Of a stretch of DNA of 64,000 nt, positions 41,425-54,559 are shown piece by piece. The DNA is from Rhina ancylostomus (taxonomy: Eukaryota), in the NCBI GenBank assembly GCA_030265395.1, contig JARFYF010000094.1, forward strand, positions 22,622,079 to 22,686,078, in the 5' to 3' direction. How positions within the stretch are numbered: the stretch's first letter is position 1; every line of letters starts with the position of its first letter. A program made the position numbers and the translations under genes. The notes under the pieces are model-generated. The model was not told the DNA's origin. It made no database searches and worked only from the letters and a program-made list of their open reading frames with translations.

Positions 41425-41632
41425 GTACAGGAACCTGAAGACCCATACTCAACATTTCAGGAACAGCTTCTTCCCCTCCGCCATTAGATTTCTGAATGGT
41501 CCATGAACCCACGAACACCACCTCACTACTATTTTTGTAACTTACAGTAATTTTTATGTCTTGCACTGTACTGCTACCTCAAAAGCAACAAATTTCACGA
41601 CATACGTCAGTGATAATAAATTCTGATTCTAA
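41423..41632 (+). mobile_element. Rex1/Babar 3' end (same family as 22240-22712)
   Basis: cctgaagaccca...caggaacagcttcttcccctccg...gataataaattctgattcta, near-identical to 22480-22712. Confidence 0.8.
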
Positions 41633-43039
41633 TACCTGGCAGTTTCTTGTTGCTGATGGTGAGCTGCCTGTGCTTACTGTTGAAATACCTTTTACAGCTC
41701 ACCCAGTATCAACTTGCTGGTAAGTGCCTTACCAATTCGAAATGGGTTGGGGGGGGCAGAGGGTTTCTGCAGGCCCTCAGGGGACATAAAGACATCAATT
41801 GAATAGGTCACAACAAATCCCATCCATGAAATAGCTGAAAAAATTTGCATGCCAACAGTCACATTCAACAGCTTTGCTGGCTAGCAAAGTCGCCAAGAAG
41901 TTGTCATGACACTTCAGAAACATTCAAAGGCTATTATGTCAGTTAAACAAATATTCAATTTTTTTAAATGCTAAAATGTAGAGCACCTGAAATATTTTTA
42001 AACAATTAGAAATATCAGACAAACTCAAGCAATTCATAAGCATGTAAATTGCCTTCTACTTGCCTTCTCCCTTGCAGCTGTTCTTTCCACTGAAATTGAT
42101 AAGCTCGCTGTTCCTTTGCCAGGGCTAACCTTGTGCAGGATCAGCGGACAGATTCCCCAGATGAACTGACGGGGAATTCAGAGCACAGCCAAGAAATCAT
42201 TGATGAAGCTTGGCCAGAAAGTTCATTACTCCTGTGTTTGCATCAGAGTCCCAAGCATCCAGACATTTCAAGTGAATAAATGCTGGAATTTGCTCACAAG
42301 TTATTACCCTTTCAATTTCAAGACAAACCAATACATGTACTAGCTGAGTCTATACCAAATAACAAGTTTTCCTGAATGTTGGTGGTCCTGACAGATATTT
42401 AAAATGTTATGTTCACTTATACATTAGAGCTTTTTGGTTTATTTTTTAAAAAAAACAATAAAACAACTTCAAAAGCCTACTTGGAAAAATGGATTTTTAT
42501 TTGTTTCACATATATAACTCCATGTCAGCAATAAATGTTTACCATGCAGAATTTATATTTTTCTCTCAGAATGCAGCATGTGGGTTTCAAAATGTGCAAG
42601 TAGATTGCTGACCAATCCCATCTGCTTGTGGGAGTCGCTGGTCTGTGGCCTGACAGGAGTGGAAAAAGCCAGAAGAGCAAACCTGCAGGTGGCATACATT
42701 GTACATAAAATTAACATATCCAGTATCAATTTCTGAAGCAGTACAGAGGTCACTAACATGGACTGTAACCCAAATGGGAAAGGAGACTGAAGAAGAGGTG
42801 AACATCACTCATGAATTTGTTCTGGCAGTGGTGAAATTTGGAATAAGGCTGATGAACCCCATGTTGACCTGTTTTGAAAATGATCCCCTGAAGTGGAAAC
42901 TCTGCCACACACATGACAGTTTTGCAGCAAGTATTTGCCAGAGGTTTCTGAAAAAAAACTTGATGCATTAGAAGTATGGTGGGTAATGTGTTTGAGTTTG
43001 ATGGCAACAAGAATGTGAATGGGGGAATCCACTACTGCA

Positions 43040-43129
43040 TTGGTCTTGACCCAGAAAATAGACTGTCCATTTCCCTCCACAGCTGCTGCCTGGCCTGCTG
43101 AGTTCCACCAACATTTTGTTTCTTGTGTC
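43040..43129 (+). mobile_element. Truncated Penelope-type terminal repeat
   Basis: ggtcttgaccc...gactgtccatttccctcc...ctgctgagttccacc. Confidence 0.6.
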
Positions 43130-43149
43130 AAAGCAGATGGTCTGTTCTG

Positions 43150-43455
43150 AGCTCAATCATGGGAAGAGATGACCAGAGAGACAGAGGAAAAATTTCAAGG
43201 ATGTGCTCAAAACCTCCTTAAAGAAGTACAACATAGCCACTGAAAATGAAGAAGGAGCATTCGGAGCATTTTGAGAACCTCAAGGCCGTGTATTGGATGC
43301 ATACGGAAGCCTTGCACAAGTCGTGGAAGGAGTGCAGCACTTTATAAAATACCCACCCATCTGCTCTGTCAGCCACCACATACTCTATCCGTGGAAAAGT
43401 CTGTGGTTCCTGCATTGGCCTCAATAGCTAACTCAGAGTGGAAACAAGTCACTCG
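43150..43455 (+). mobile_element. RTE LINE 3' end
   Basis: HGKR..RQRKNFKDVLKTSLKKYNI C-terminal motif. Confidence 0.7.
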
Positions 43456-45072
43456 GGACTGTCTCGGGAAGATAAGAGTGAAAGATAGATGGATAAGTAT
43501 GTGATAGAGACTGGAATAAAAGGATATTTTGATAGGCTGAGATGAAGTAGGGTGGGAGGAGACTCACATGGAGCATAAACACTATTATTGACCTGTTGGG
43601 TTATATTACCCTGTTGTTCTGGTTTAAACTGCTTGTAAACCCAGTGTTCTAAAGTGCTCAAACTAAAGTATAATGATAGCGATACATTTTGTAGAAAAAA
43701 TTTTATTCAAAACTTTTCTTTAGGAAAGAAGGGTATTATGAATATAGGTCATAGATTAAAGAGCTTGAAAATGGTCATATGTTCATCAAACATAATAACA
43801 TCTGTGACCCATACAAATGGCCATCTGGGGCCTCATGGACATGCTTTGCAGATGTTCTTTTGGTTCAATTACTCTGGTTCATAACCATGCTTCCACTGAG
43901 AGACTACTTTCAGCACATAGCAGAATCTACTGAAAAATATTTTTACTGATAGCATTAAGATAAACTAAGAAAAATAAAAAATAAAACATGCAAAACATAT
44001 CAAGCAATGAAGAGTTTTATAAAGTCTATTTTATATCTTGGAGCACAGTGGTGGTTTTGTAAACATATTGAGGTAATTGGGGAAGAAAAACGAAAACAGA
44101 TGTGCATAACTTTGTCAACATTTTAATTTGAAATTTCAGATATGTTTGTTACTGATTACAGAGAATACTTTTTACAGAGCATATATTTTAAATGATATTT
44201 TTACAGTATTATCTACCTTCTCTGTTATTAATTTAATGTTATTGACCCAGAATTCTTGCAGAAATCTTGATTGTCATTAGCTTTCATTTTCCATTTAAAA
44301 AATAATGGAGCAGTACTGTTATTGGTCATGGCGACATGAAAACATTTTCAGAAGTTTATTCTGAAGTAATTTTAGGTTTCCAGTGACTTAGACTTTGAAA
44401 TTACATTACTTATGAGAACATAATGCTTTCAAATGCTTAATTGAATATACTTTATTAAGTGAATATATGCTTCTATTGAAATATGACGAAGGAGTTCCTA
44501 TGACTGCAGTACCCAGTGGCCCACCACTACTTCACTGTATAATTTTGAGGCCATAGTATTCACATCTTACTAGATATGAATAATTATAGCCCAAAAACCT
44601 AATACAAATTGCTAAAATGTATCTTTAGTAAAGGATACCAATGTGTTCCCAGTTGTAACATAGTCCTAGAATAAACCACAACACTGACTTATATTTGCAT
44701 AGAGCCATTAACAAAACAAATCTATGCTACAGTAAGTATTCAGTTGAAAAACACAAAAGATCCTTCTTGCGCGAACCTGGAATGGATGACATTCCTTTGA
44801 TGTGTTTAATAATTATGTCTAATTCCTTTCTGTATTAACTCTTCACCTTTTTCATTATTCTGTTGATGCTGATTAAAGCCATTCTGAACTCATATACATA
44901 ATAAATGATTTACATGCAAACTAACCAAGGTCCAAGCATCTTTAGCAAATTAAAACAGTCTAGGATGTGAGATGCCATCTTCCTTATAAAAGAAATGTTG
45001 ATTATAGATTTGTAACAGTTTGTTTCCAACATTTTGTCTTAATATTTGAAAAGCTAGGCAGAAAATGGAAAC

Positions 45073-45506
45073 TCATACCAATGAACCGTCAAGAGGTTCC
45101 TTTTCTTCAGCATTTCCCTGTTCAACAACTGGACCCAGATGGTCCAGTTTCTTTAGCTCTCTTTGATACTTAGCCATAATAGCTGCATACGAACAACCAT
45201 AAATTGCTGCCACCAGCATCATCAGGCAAACAATGCCACAAATGACTCCAGTTACCACAATTGTGGCAATAGCATGACGTAAGCTGCCAGACCGTTGCTT
45301 GGCCTTTGGACTGCAATCTGGATTGTGGTCATGTTCGATTTTGTGATGCAAGTTTTGGGTGGTGGAGCTTCTGTGGTTGGAGTCAACATGAGATGACTTG
45401 TACTTAACAGAGGAACACGCCTGGAATAATTCATGAGGAATTTTCATAAGGTCCTTACTTCTTAGATCCTCTGGTTCTGTACACAGAATTTCATCAATCT
45501 GGCCTC
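45073..45506 (-). CDS. LRTM1: LRTM1 exon 3: end of LRRCT, stalk, transmembrane helix, cytoplasmic tail, TGA (434 nt)
   Basis: aatacag|GA GGC CAG...; GQIDEILCTEPEDLRSKDLMKIPHELFQAC...LRHAIATIVVTGVICGIVCLMMLVAAIYGCSYAAIMAKYQRELKK...DGSLV*. Confidence 0.96.
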
Positions 45507-46300
45507 CTGTATTAAAGCAGAATGAATCATTGCATGGAACATTTTTTTTTACAACTTGTGGGTTTTTTTAGAAAACGTAAAGAGAAAATGCATTTTCATA
45601 TAAGCTGTACAGTCATTACATCTGGAAGGATTCCTGGAGGAACTGAAGAGACAATTAAGACAAATAGAAGAGTTCAAAGTCCTTTCCCATTTTCCCTCTT
45701 TCCTCTTACTTTTTTATTTTTACTTCTGAGATATATTTTAATATATAGAGCAACCAATAAGATTGCTGATTAAAAAAAACATTTTTCATTATTTCAGTAC
45801 TGACAAACTGAGAAGTTTTACTGCCATGTATTTTATATTCTGATCCCTTGTGGAGGGCTTTAAATTAGTTTGGAGCGGGTATGGGAACCTGGCAATAGTT
45901 TTAGAAAGGAAAAATGCAAAATTGGTTGTGGAAGGTAAGGGTTTAATAAGTGATTCAGGAAGGCAGGGGAAAGAAAGGCTGGAGTTAGGAATCACAAAGT
46001 NNNNNNNNNNNNNNNNNNNNNNNNNNNNNNNNNNNNNNNNNNNNNNNNNNNNNNNNNNNNNNNNNNNNNNNNNNNNNNNNNNNNNNNNNNNNNNNNNNNN
46101 NNNNNNNNNNNNNNNNNNNNNNNNNNNNNNNNNNNNNNNNNNNNNNNNNNNNNNNNNNNNNNNNNNNNNNNNNNNNNNNNNNNNNNNNNNNNNNNNNNNN
46201 NNNNNNNNNNNNNNNNNNNNNNNNNNNNNNNNNNNNNNNNNNNNNNNNNNNNNNNNNNNNNNNNNNNNNNNNNNNNNNNNNNNNNNNNNNNNNNNNNNNN

Positions 46301-48800
46301 TATAGCTGAGAGGAGGGATTATATGCTGAGAAGATAAGTAAACAAGTCCATATGGGTTGATCTGAGGAACAAAAAAAAGGTAGTTAAATTGCTGGGACTG
46401 CATTAGAAGCCCCTAATCAGAGGTGAATGGAAGAGCAAAAATACAGGCTACTTGCTGAATTACCTAAACAATAATTGGGATGATTAGGGTTCTTGAAAAG
46501 CATTCAAGAGAACCTTTTATTCAGTATACAGAACAAGAGAGGAGGCAGACACAAGAGACTACAGATGCTGGAAGCTGGAGCAACAGTACTGGATTTAGTT
46601 CAGGGGACTGAATCTACATAAGTGGACAAAGGATGACAGTGAGAAAAGAATTTGGAGGCAACTATCCTAATTCAAGTAGATTTAGCATTGTTGTACCAGA
46701 GCATAATGACAGACCAGCAGTAAAAGAGATGAGATAGCAAAAGTCAACTGGAAACAGCTACTTGATGTTAAATCACTATTGAAGTAGTGAAGAGCATTCA
46801 AATAAGCAATAGTGTTTGTACCAAGAATGTTCCTCCAAGAAAAGTAAACAGAAATTCTCAAATCTACATCCAATGAATGTTAAAGAACATAGAGGATAGG
46901 ATAAGGGTAAAAATGGATGCTAAATCCACTAGATTCAAGGAAATTCCATTAGATTGTAAATTAGCAAGTGTAATTCTTTTATTTAGAAAGGGAAGGAGAC
47001 AAAAAGACCAGAATCTACATGTAAGTTAGTTTAACATTTCTCATAAGGAAAATGTTAGAAGCTATTATTAAAGATGTTATAGCAAGGCAATTAGAAAAAT
47101 TCAATGTAATCAGACAGAGTCAATATGGTTTTGTGAAAGAGAAATCATGTTTGACCAATTTATTGAAGTTCTTTGAAGAAGTAACATGTGCTGTGGATAA
47201 AGGAGAACCAGTGGGTGCACTAAAATTTCCAGAAGGCTTTTGATAAATTGCCATCATAGGTTATTGCAGAAAATGAAAGATTCTGGTGCAGAAGATAACA
47301 TATTGGCATGGATGGAAGATTGACAGACCAACAGAAAACAGAATAGTCATACATGGGTGTCTTTCTGGTTGGAGAGGTGTAATGGGTGTGTGCACAGGGA
47401 TCAGAGTTGGCACCTCAACCTTTTACAGTTTACATTAATGACTTCGGTAAAAGGAGGGAGTAATAGTTGCTAGATTTGCTGATGACATGAAGACATGTAG
47501 AAAGGCAAGTTGTGAAAAGGATGTTTAGGAGGCCACATAGGGATTAGGTGGACTATGGGTCTTGCAAATGAATAATGTGGGAAAATGTGAAATTCTCCAT
47601 GTTAGCAGGAAAAATAATAAAGCATTTTTCCAAGAGGTCAGAGATTATGAAGTCTTAAAATGCAGAGGGATCTCAGTGTCCTAGTGCATGATTTGCAAAC
47701 AGGTGATGCAAGTAATCGGTAAACTAACAGAATATTATTGTTTATTGCTTGGGGATTAAATACAAAAGTATGGACATTATGCTTCAGTTACATAGGGCAC
47801 TGGTGAGACCACATCTGGAATACCATGTACAGTATCGGTCTTATTAAGAAAGGACGTTAGTGTGCTGGAAGCAGTTCAGAGAAGGTTTACTAGACTTCTC
47901 TGTTTTACCTGGTTGTTTTACAAGGAGTAGTTGAACAGGCTGGGCTTGCATCTGCTAGAGTTTAAAAGACTGAAACTGGCCTGATTGAAACTTACATGAT
48001 CCTGAGCAGTCTTGACAGGGTATTTGTGGAGAGGATGTTTCCTCTTGTGGGAAAATCTAGAGCTAATGGTCACTGTTTAAAAATATGAAGCCACTCATTT
48101 AAGACAGAAACGAAGGGAAATTATCTCTCTCAGGGAGCCGAGTCTTTGGAAAACTCTACCTCATAAGGCAATCTGAGCAAAGCCATTGAATTTTTTTTTA
48201 AAGCAGAGACAGATAGGTTCTTGATAAGCGAGGAAGTGAAAGATTACGAGACGTCAACAGGACTGTGGAGTTGAGGATACAGTTAGATCAGCAATGATCT
48301 TATTGAATGAGGGATCAGGCTCAAGTGATCAAGATACCTACTCCTGCTCCTAATTGATATGTTCATATGTTATGTCAAATACTAAGAGCTCAGCACTGCA
48401 GAAAGCCAACAGAAGCGTAGAAGGTACTGTGGTGAAATTAAAAAGGAACTAAAGAAGAAAAGGAAGGTACATGAAAAATTAATGCAAGGTAAAATCAAAG
48501 AAAACTTTGAAGTTATTTCATAACTATGTGAAAAGAAAGAGGGCTATAAAGGAAATAATGTGTCCTTTTAGAGACACAATTATTGCCTATATGTGTAGGG
48601 GGAAGGCAATTGTATAAGAACAAATCAATACTTTGCAACTAACTTCAGAGCAAAAGGGGGTGACGCAGGCACTGATATAAATGGAAATAAACAATGAAAA
48701 GTATTGGAAATAATATACAGAGAAGGCAAGGACACAGAAAAGGATCTAGCATCTTTTAAAGTGAATAAATCACCAGGCCAGAATGAAGTGTATCCTAAAA
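46301..48800 (+). mobile_element. Older CR1 ORF2 (endonuclease-linker), split by a younger CR1
   Basis: SIWVDLRNKK-like at 46345; KIKEN..F.NYVKRKR-like at 48490. Confidence 0.65.
46923..48372 (+). mobile_element. CR1 LINE RT plus 3' tail, ~1.45 kb
   Basis: LEAIIKDVI..QSQYGFVKEKSCLTNLLKFFEEVT, QGS.LAP, RFADD, LVRPHLEY; tail gatatgttcatatgttatg. Confidence 0.85.
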
Positions 48801-48869
48801 AGAAGCAAGTGAAACAGGAACACATGTAAAATTGATTCCCAGCTGGCTCAGATCTCCTTGTTTGAATGC

Positions 48870-50298
48870 TTCCAACCTGTTCTTGGTTCCTACTGCAGCA
48901 CTGAACACCTATGATCAAAGTAACGGATGGCATCCTATATGATCCTTTCCTCCTTGTCCTCTTCAACCTGCCTGCAGCCATCGATATCATTCTCCTTCAA
49001 AGTGTTTCCCCCTGTGTTGAACTGGGTGGGACTGAACTTGCTGATTCCATTCTCATTCATCCAGAAAATCATCTGTGACTTCCTGCACCCAAACCACTGC
49101 CTCTGTTACTCTGATCTGTGTTTAGCAGCTTCTGACTTCTTATCCTCAATCTGTTCCTTTGCCATATCATCAGAAAACACCATATCAGTTTTCAAATGAA
49201 CATTGTTGTCATTCAGCTTTATGCCTGCCGCACCTCATGTCCCCCTCCATTGGCTCTAAAATGTCAGATCACATCCAATGTCCAGAACTGTGCAGAATTA
49301 TCACCCAATTAAACATTGGAGGGTACAGCTGTAATTGTCTGCTCCTATCACAATCACCACTCCTTGATCACCAATGATGATGTGTGGAACTGGGGATGAG
49401 GAACCTAATTCTCTCTATGGCCACTGATTAAAACTGAACCAGGCTATTCTCAGCCCTGATATGATATGTAATATCCAGACTCATATCTCTAAGTCTGCCT
49501 ATTTCTGTTTCCATAATATCACTCAATTCAAGCTTTATTTCACCTCCCTCCTGAAACCTTTGTCTGTGTCTTTATTACCTCCAGACTTGGTTATATCAGT
49601 GCCACTCCTGGCTGCCTTTTCTCATTCTATTCTCCATAATCTTGATCTGATCCAAAACTGTGCTGCCTGTGTTCTAACTTGTACTGCCGCATTTACTCAT
49701 TATGCTCACTTTTGTGAAGTACATGGTACTTGGTTAAGTAATACCTCAGTTTTATAACTTTCATGTGAATAAAATTCAAAAAAAAAGTAGATACTGGACC
49801 TGAAATATTAACTACATTTTTCTTCCCACAGGCGCCGCCTAGCCTGCAGAGTGTTTCCAGCACTTTCTGTTTTTATTTCAGATTTCCAGCATCTGCAGTG
49901 TTTTTTGGATTTTTATTTAGTGGTGGAGAAAAGTCACTGAATGAATTTAATAAGGAGATAGAGAAATCTCCAGACTCAAAGGGGGTACAGGGCAATAATA
50001 GGAATATGTTAATGAGATGGATAATCAGTAAATAATTATGTTGAATGGTGGAGTAAAATTCTCACGTTTATTATCAAATCCTTCAATGCTTTTGTTCCTC
50101 ACCATCTCTGTAATCACCTCCAGCCCTTTAATCCTCTGATACCTAGGCTTCTCCAATTCTGGACAGCTTTGCATGACCAGATTTAGTCGTCGACCTCTAA
50201 ACTTTTAGTTCACCTGCCTTAATATTTTGTTTCATACCGTGAAACACTTCAAGGTGTTCTTGTTATATTCAAGTGGTGGTGTAAATAAAAGTTGTTGT
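48870..50298 (+). mobile_element. L2 LINE fragment (RT to 3' tail), with internal insertions
   Basis: STE..IKVT..IL, LVLFNLPAAID, SAYFCFHNI, IQNCAACVLT motifs; tail aaataaaagttgttgt. Confidence 0.7.
49795..49900 (+). mobile_element. Truncated Penelope-type terminal repeat inside the L2
   Basis: gacctgaaatattaact...gagtgtttccagcactttctgtttttatttcagatttccagcatctgcag. Confidence 0.6.
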
Positions 50299-51517
50299 AA
50301 AACAAGAAGTGAATCCAAAATATTACTTTAAATACTTTTGGATTCAGACAAGAAGACATGGATTCCAACTTGTGAACTGATATCAGGAAGCTTTTCGTGA
50401 TAACATAATGAACACTTTGATTATAGGTTCACTCAGATTGGACAATGCAAAATTTGGACACATATGAAAGACAATTAGATATTGCAATGATGAGGGCTGG
50501 TACTGAGGGATGATGAACCAAGGGTATTTGTGGTTGGATGAACTCATTGCTATATTAGAGCTTGTGAACATAGCTGGCCAGGGCTCCCTGATATCAAGAG
50601 AAAGATTCCACCACCCACAATCAGAAAATACTACTGATTATTTCACCACAGTCACTTTCAAGCAACTGATGTGGATAGTTAGAAAAAAATCAGATGTGCA
50701 CAACAGCAATATGTTTCATTCACATGTGAGAGCAATAAGAACCTGAAATTTCGAGGACCTGAGAACATGTAAAAAGGTTAAATTGTGAATTGTAAAACTC
50801 TTTGAGGGACAGAACTCATTGGCAATATCCTTTACTGCTACATAAGATGCACAAGCCCCTTTCTATTAAGCAAGTTCTGAGAACATGCCCACATTCAAAC
50901 CAAAAACAAGGCAACCGTAGGTGGAGACCTTGACATCTGAGTCTGAACTTATGGAAGGTATGATGGATCTGATGTGGATGTGGTGATGGCATGACTGGCA
51001 GAGAGATAGACAACTACAGTAATCAGACAAACATGCAGTGGTAAATGCAAAGTTCCTAACTTAGAACATNNNNNNNNNNTAGTAGGACTGCAACAAGGGT
51101 TCTGTCCAAATTATGTTAAATTATTGAAAAAAATTCTAATATCCAGAATCTCATCTGCATTGTATTTTTTCAGGATTCATCCTTCATGCAAAAGTGCTCT
51201 ACAAATTTTGTAATATTACATTCTTAATCACAATTTTTAAATAATCGCCCTTCACCTCTCCTTTCCACCTTTTGTTTATAATGCCCTTAGCTATTCCTTC
51301 ACTTTAACTTCTATTAAAAACAAAATAAGCTCAAGTTCAGTTGTCCTCTATTATTTTAGTCTGTATCGTTCTTTCCACTATATTGTTTTTGCTGCATTTT
51401 CACACTCAGTAGAACCTGCTCCTTGCATCTCAACCTGCAGCTGGTAATAACTTTGTGGTGATCATAATTTATGTGATTATGCACAATTATTTGAAGGAAA
51501 AGCTATTAATCCATTAT

Positions 51518-51614
51518 GCCAATCCTGATGAAGAGTCTTGATCCGAAACATTGACTGTTTATTTCCCTCCATAGATGCTGACTGACCTACTGAGTTCCTC
51601 CAGCATTTTGTGTG
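51518..51614 (+). mobile_element. 97-bp hammerhead-containing element with 14-bp target-site duplication
   Basis: Flanked by TATTAATCCATTAT at 51504-51517 and 51615-51628. Confidence 0.8.
51520..51557 (+). ncRNA. Minimal type-I hammerhead ribozyme motif (probably decayed)
   Basis: CAATC-CTGATGA-A-GAGTC TT GATCC-GAAAC-ATT-GACTG; intact CUGAUGA and GAAAC cores. Confidence 0.6.
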
Positions 51615-51925
51615 TATTAATCCATTATTCAATCCAATTTTTTTATCCATTGTATTCTAGGAGGTGAAGTAAGTAATAATCTCATGTAAAGGAGAGGTGG
51701 TTTAAAAAAATAAGATATCTTTGATTAATGAGTAAATGATTCACTCCTGTAACTTTCATTGTGACGTCTTTGTGATTTTTGAATATCAGCTGATGTCACT
51801 GCAGAACTGACAGAATGGTAAAGTTTGTAGGTTTTCTTAAAGAGATGGCATTGCTAATCTCTGCAAACCATGAGCACCACGGCACTAATAACTCTGAAGA
51901 GGTAAAATTACATTTGTTGACTGAC

Positions 51926-52522
51926 CTTTGTACAGAAAGCTCTCCAACCAAAGTTTTAATCCAGTCAGGTGACAGTCACACTTCCACTGGTTTTTCTCGA
52001 ACAAAAGTACTTGCAGATTTGACAATGAATCCAACAGGGACCTGCTGATTTGACGAAGTTGGTTTTGATGCATAGCAAGCCAAGTCAGATTCTTTTGATT
52101 CTTGAACAAACCCTCAGGCAAATTAGTAAGATTATTAAATGATAAATCCAGTTGTTTGAGGTTTCCAGTTGAATGAAGGACTTTGTTGCCAATGTAGTTG
52201 ATTGAGTTATTTGCAAGGTTTAGGATGAGAAGATTATGCAGTCCATCAAATATACTTGATGATAAACTTGAAATAATGTTGTTGGACAAGTCTAAAATTT
52301 GTAGCTGAGACATACCGGTGAATGCAGTGTTTGATATTGTATGAATATGATTATTCTGTAAGTATAGAATTTCTGTGTTAAGAGGAACATCTTTTGGAAC
52401 CTCTGACAGTCCATTCCCTGTGCAGCTCACTTCTTTCAGAGTAATGTTGCATTGACATCTTTCTGGACATCCAGTAACTGAATGTACAAATAAGAAAATG
52501 AGAATTCCCAAACCGATTTCAC
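51926..52522 (-). CDS. LRTM1: LRTM1 exon 2: signal peptide, LRRNT, LRR repeats, start of LRRCT (597 nt)
   Basis: tacag|GT GAA ATC...TAC AAA G|gtcagt; CPERCQC...C LRRNT, LxxLxLxxNxI repeats, NQWKCDCHLTGLKLWLESFLYKG. Confidence 0.96.
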
Positions 52523-54559
52523 CTGTATCCAATGAAAATAGGCAGCTGTAAATTCAGTTACCTGTTGAGTTAACTAAACAAACTAATACAAGCGAAGCAC
52601 TAAAATGACTTAGGTTTCACTACAACTGTAATATTGTTGACTTGCAACATAACTAGGAGCATTATACTCCACAAAACATCAGATGTGATGTGTCACTTTG
52701 ATACATTGGCACCAATTATAGTCATACTTTCCTGTACTGGAATGTGAAATTGAGTGATGTGTTAAAGTAATGGCCATTTCAAGCCAATCTGTTCCCCATT
52801 GGGGCTTAGGTTTTAAATGGCTTGTGCTGTCAATTTCCACACTGTCACTATTTTGGTGTCATATAAGCATAGAGCTGGAGCTCGAGTTGATGAAGGATGA
52901 AAAATTGCTCAGTGCAAAGGCTGAGTAAAGTAAGTAGTAAAGATAGCTCAGTGAGAAAAGTTTCATTTCACTTGGGTGCCAGTTGAGAATGAGGATTTTA
53001 AATGAGAGACAAGAGGCTTGTGACAAGATCAAATGCCCTATGGAGGAGCAAAGGCCAGAAGAGTAGCTTGGTGTTGCGACCTACACTGGCAACTGACAGT
53101 CTGGGCATAGTAAATGGTAGAAGGTATATTCAGGTGTAGATGCTTCTCTTGGGAGAAGGTATCATCCCTCCTCAGAGGCCACAGTACTGATACAATGACC
53201 TGCAGGACAATGTTAAGGGAATGGACATTCTGGATCCTGCAGAGACCGTGGGCTGGAGTTAGTTGAACACTTAGAAGATCTGTTGGCTTAACCCCAGTGG
53301 GGAGGTTGAGTGAGGATTTCAGTGGGAGAATGCAATGGCACAGTTGGGTCTGCTGCTCAAACAGAAGCAACCTTGATGCTGCAAGTGACACAGAGGGATA
53401 TGCTTGGCTTAGACAGTCAAACCCAGAATGAAAACAGAAAAATAGGAAGGTCAAGGAGACTTGAAGGATTGGGTTAGGGACTTGAGAGGACTGAAGGAGC
53501 GACACTTATAACACTCGAAAAGAAATATACACTGCAGATTTGTATTTCTAATTTACTCAGAATGTAAAATGCTTAACTCCAACTATTGTTAAAAAAAGCT
53601 TTCAAATTACAAACTTGATTCTTTTATGTAATATCTAAAAGTAGTAATGTTTTTCTTGTTGAATATTATTTAGAATAGTGCATATAAGCATGTAAAGTTA
53701 CATTTCTTAAATCATAACATGGAATAAAGGAATAGGATAAGATTTGTTGGATGTTCATTTCACTGCCGATTTGCAGTGAAGTGCTACTCTTTATTTGAAA
53801 TGTTCAGATTTTTGCGACAAAATTTCATAACTGAGTAACAGTGACTTCAGTGTGCAAACAGTTCAACAATCTGTGGCAAAAAGAGGATGACCTTTAATTG
53901 ATAATTTGATTAATGATTTAGTCTCACAAAAACGGGAGCATGCACAACTTCCCCACAAGATTAAAGAAATTGCTCCATCTATCCACTAATTACGAATCAA
54001 ATTGTTCATTGAAAATAAGGCCTAGCACTTAATGGCTCAAGTAGTCTTTTGAGGTCATGATTACGTTTCCAGCAAAGCCAAAAGTGCACAAACATGGATA
54101 GGATATAATTGAAGTTGTAGTGTATTGCTGGGATTTAAAATTTTACTATTTTGTCAGTTTTCCTTTGTGCCCTTCTCAATGAAATCTGTTTTTCTTTCTG
54201 GACCTGATTTGACTCTAATTTCCTCTATTTCCTTTTCCAGCATTTCTCTGTTTCTTTTTCAGCACTTAAATCTCATTAAGGAACTGAACTGTTTGTCCCA
54301 GTCTTCACTACAAAATCCCTTTTTACCTGCTTTATCAATTTGTACTTACAAGTTGTTTTGCAATAAATGTTCAATCTATACTGTGATAAACTCATAGGGT
54401 AGACTGTAAACTGGCCCAACCCAGCAAAACTTGGACCAGTGCTTTAGGTTCAATATTGATTTCAAAAACTAAATCAAGAGACAAACATACAAGAGAGAAA
54501 TTCTAAATGAGCATTTCCCAAAAATATATCAGATTAGGCATTTAAAACACAGCTCTTAC

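Noticed and set aside
43700-44460. LRTM1 poly(A) signal
   Set aside because: Several AATAAA on the minus strand (44451, 44355, 43702) in AT-rich DNA; cannot choose without transcripts.
51885-52532. Single-exon secreted 215-aa LRR protein
   Set aside because: Start is a TTG in the acceptor region, and the end reads through a good gtcagt donor; it is LRTM1 exon 2.
53038-53505. 155-aa minus ORF in LRTM1 intron 1
   Set aside because: No recognisable domain; probably a decayed repeat that I could not classify.
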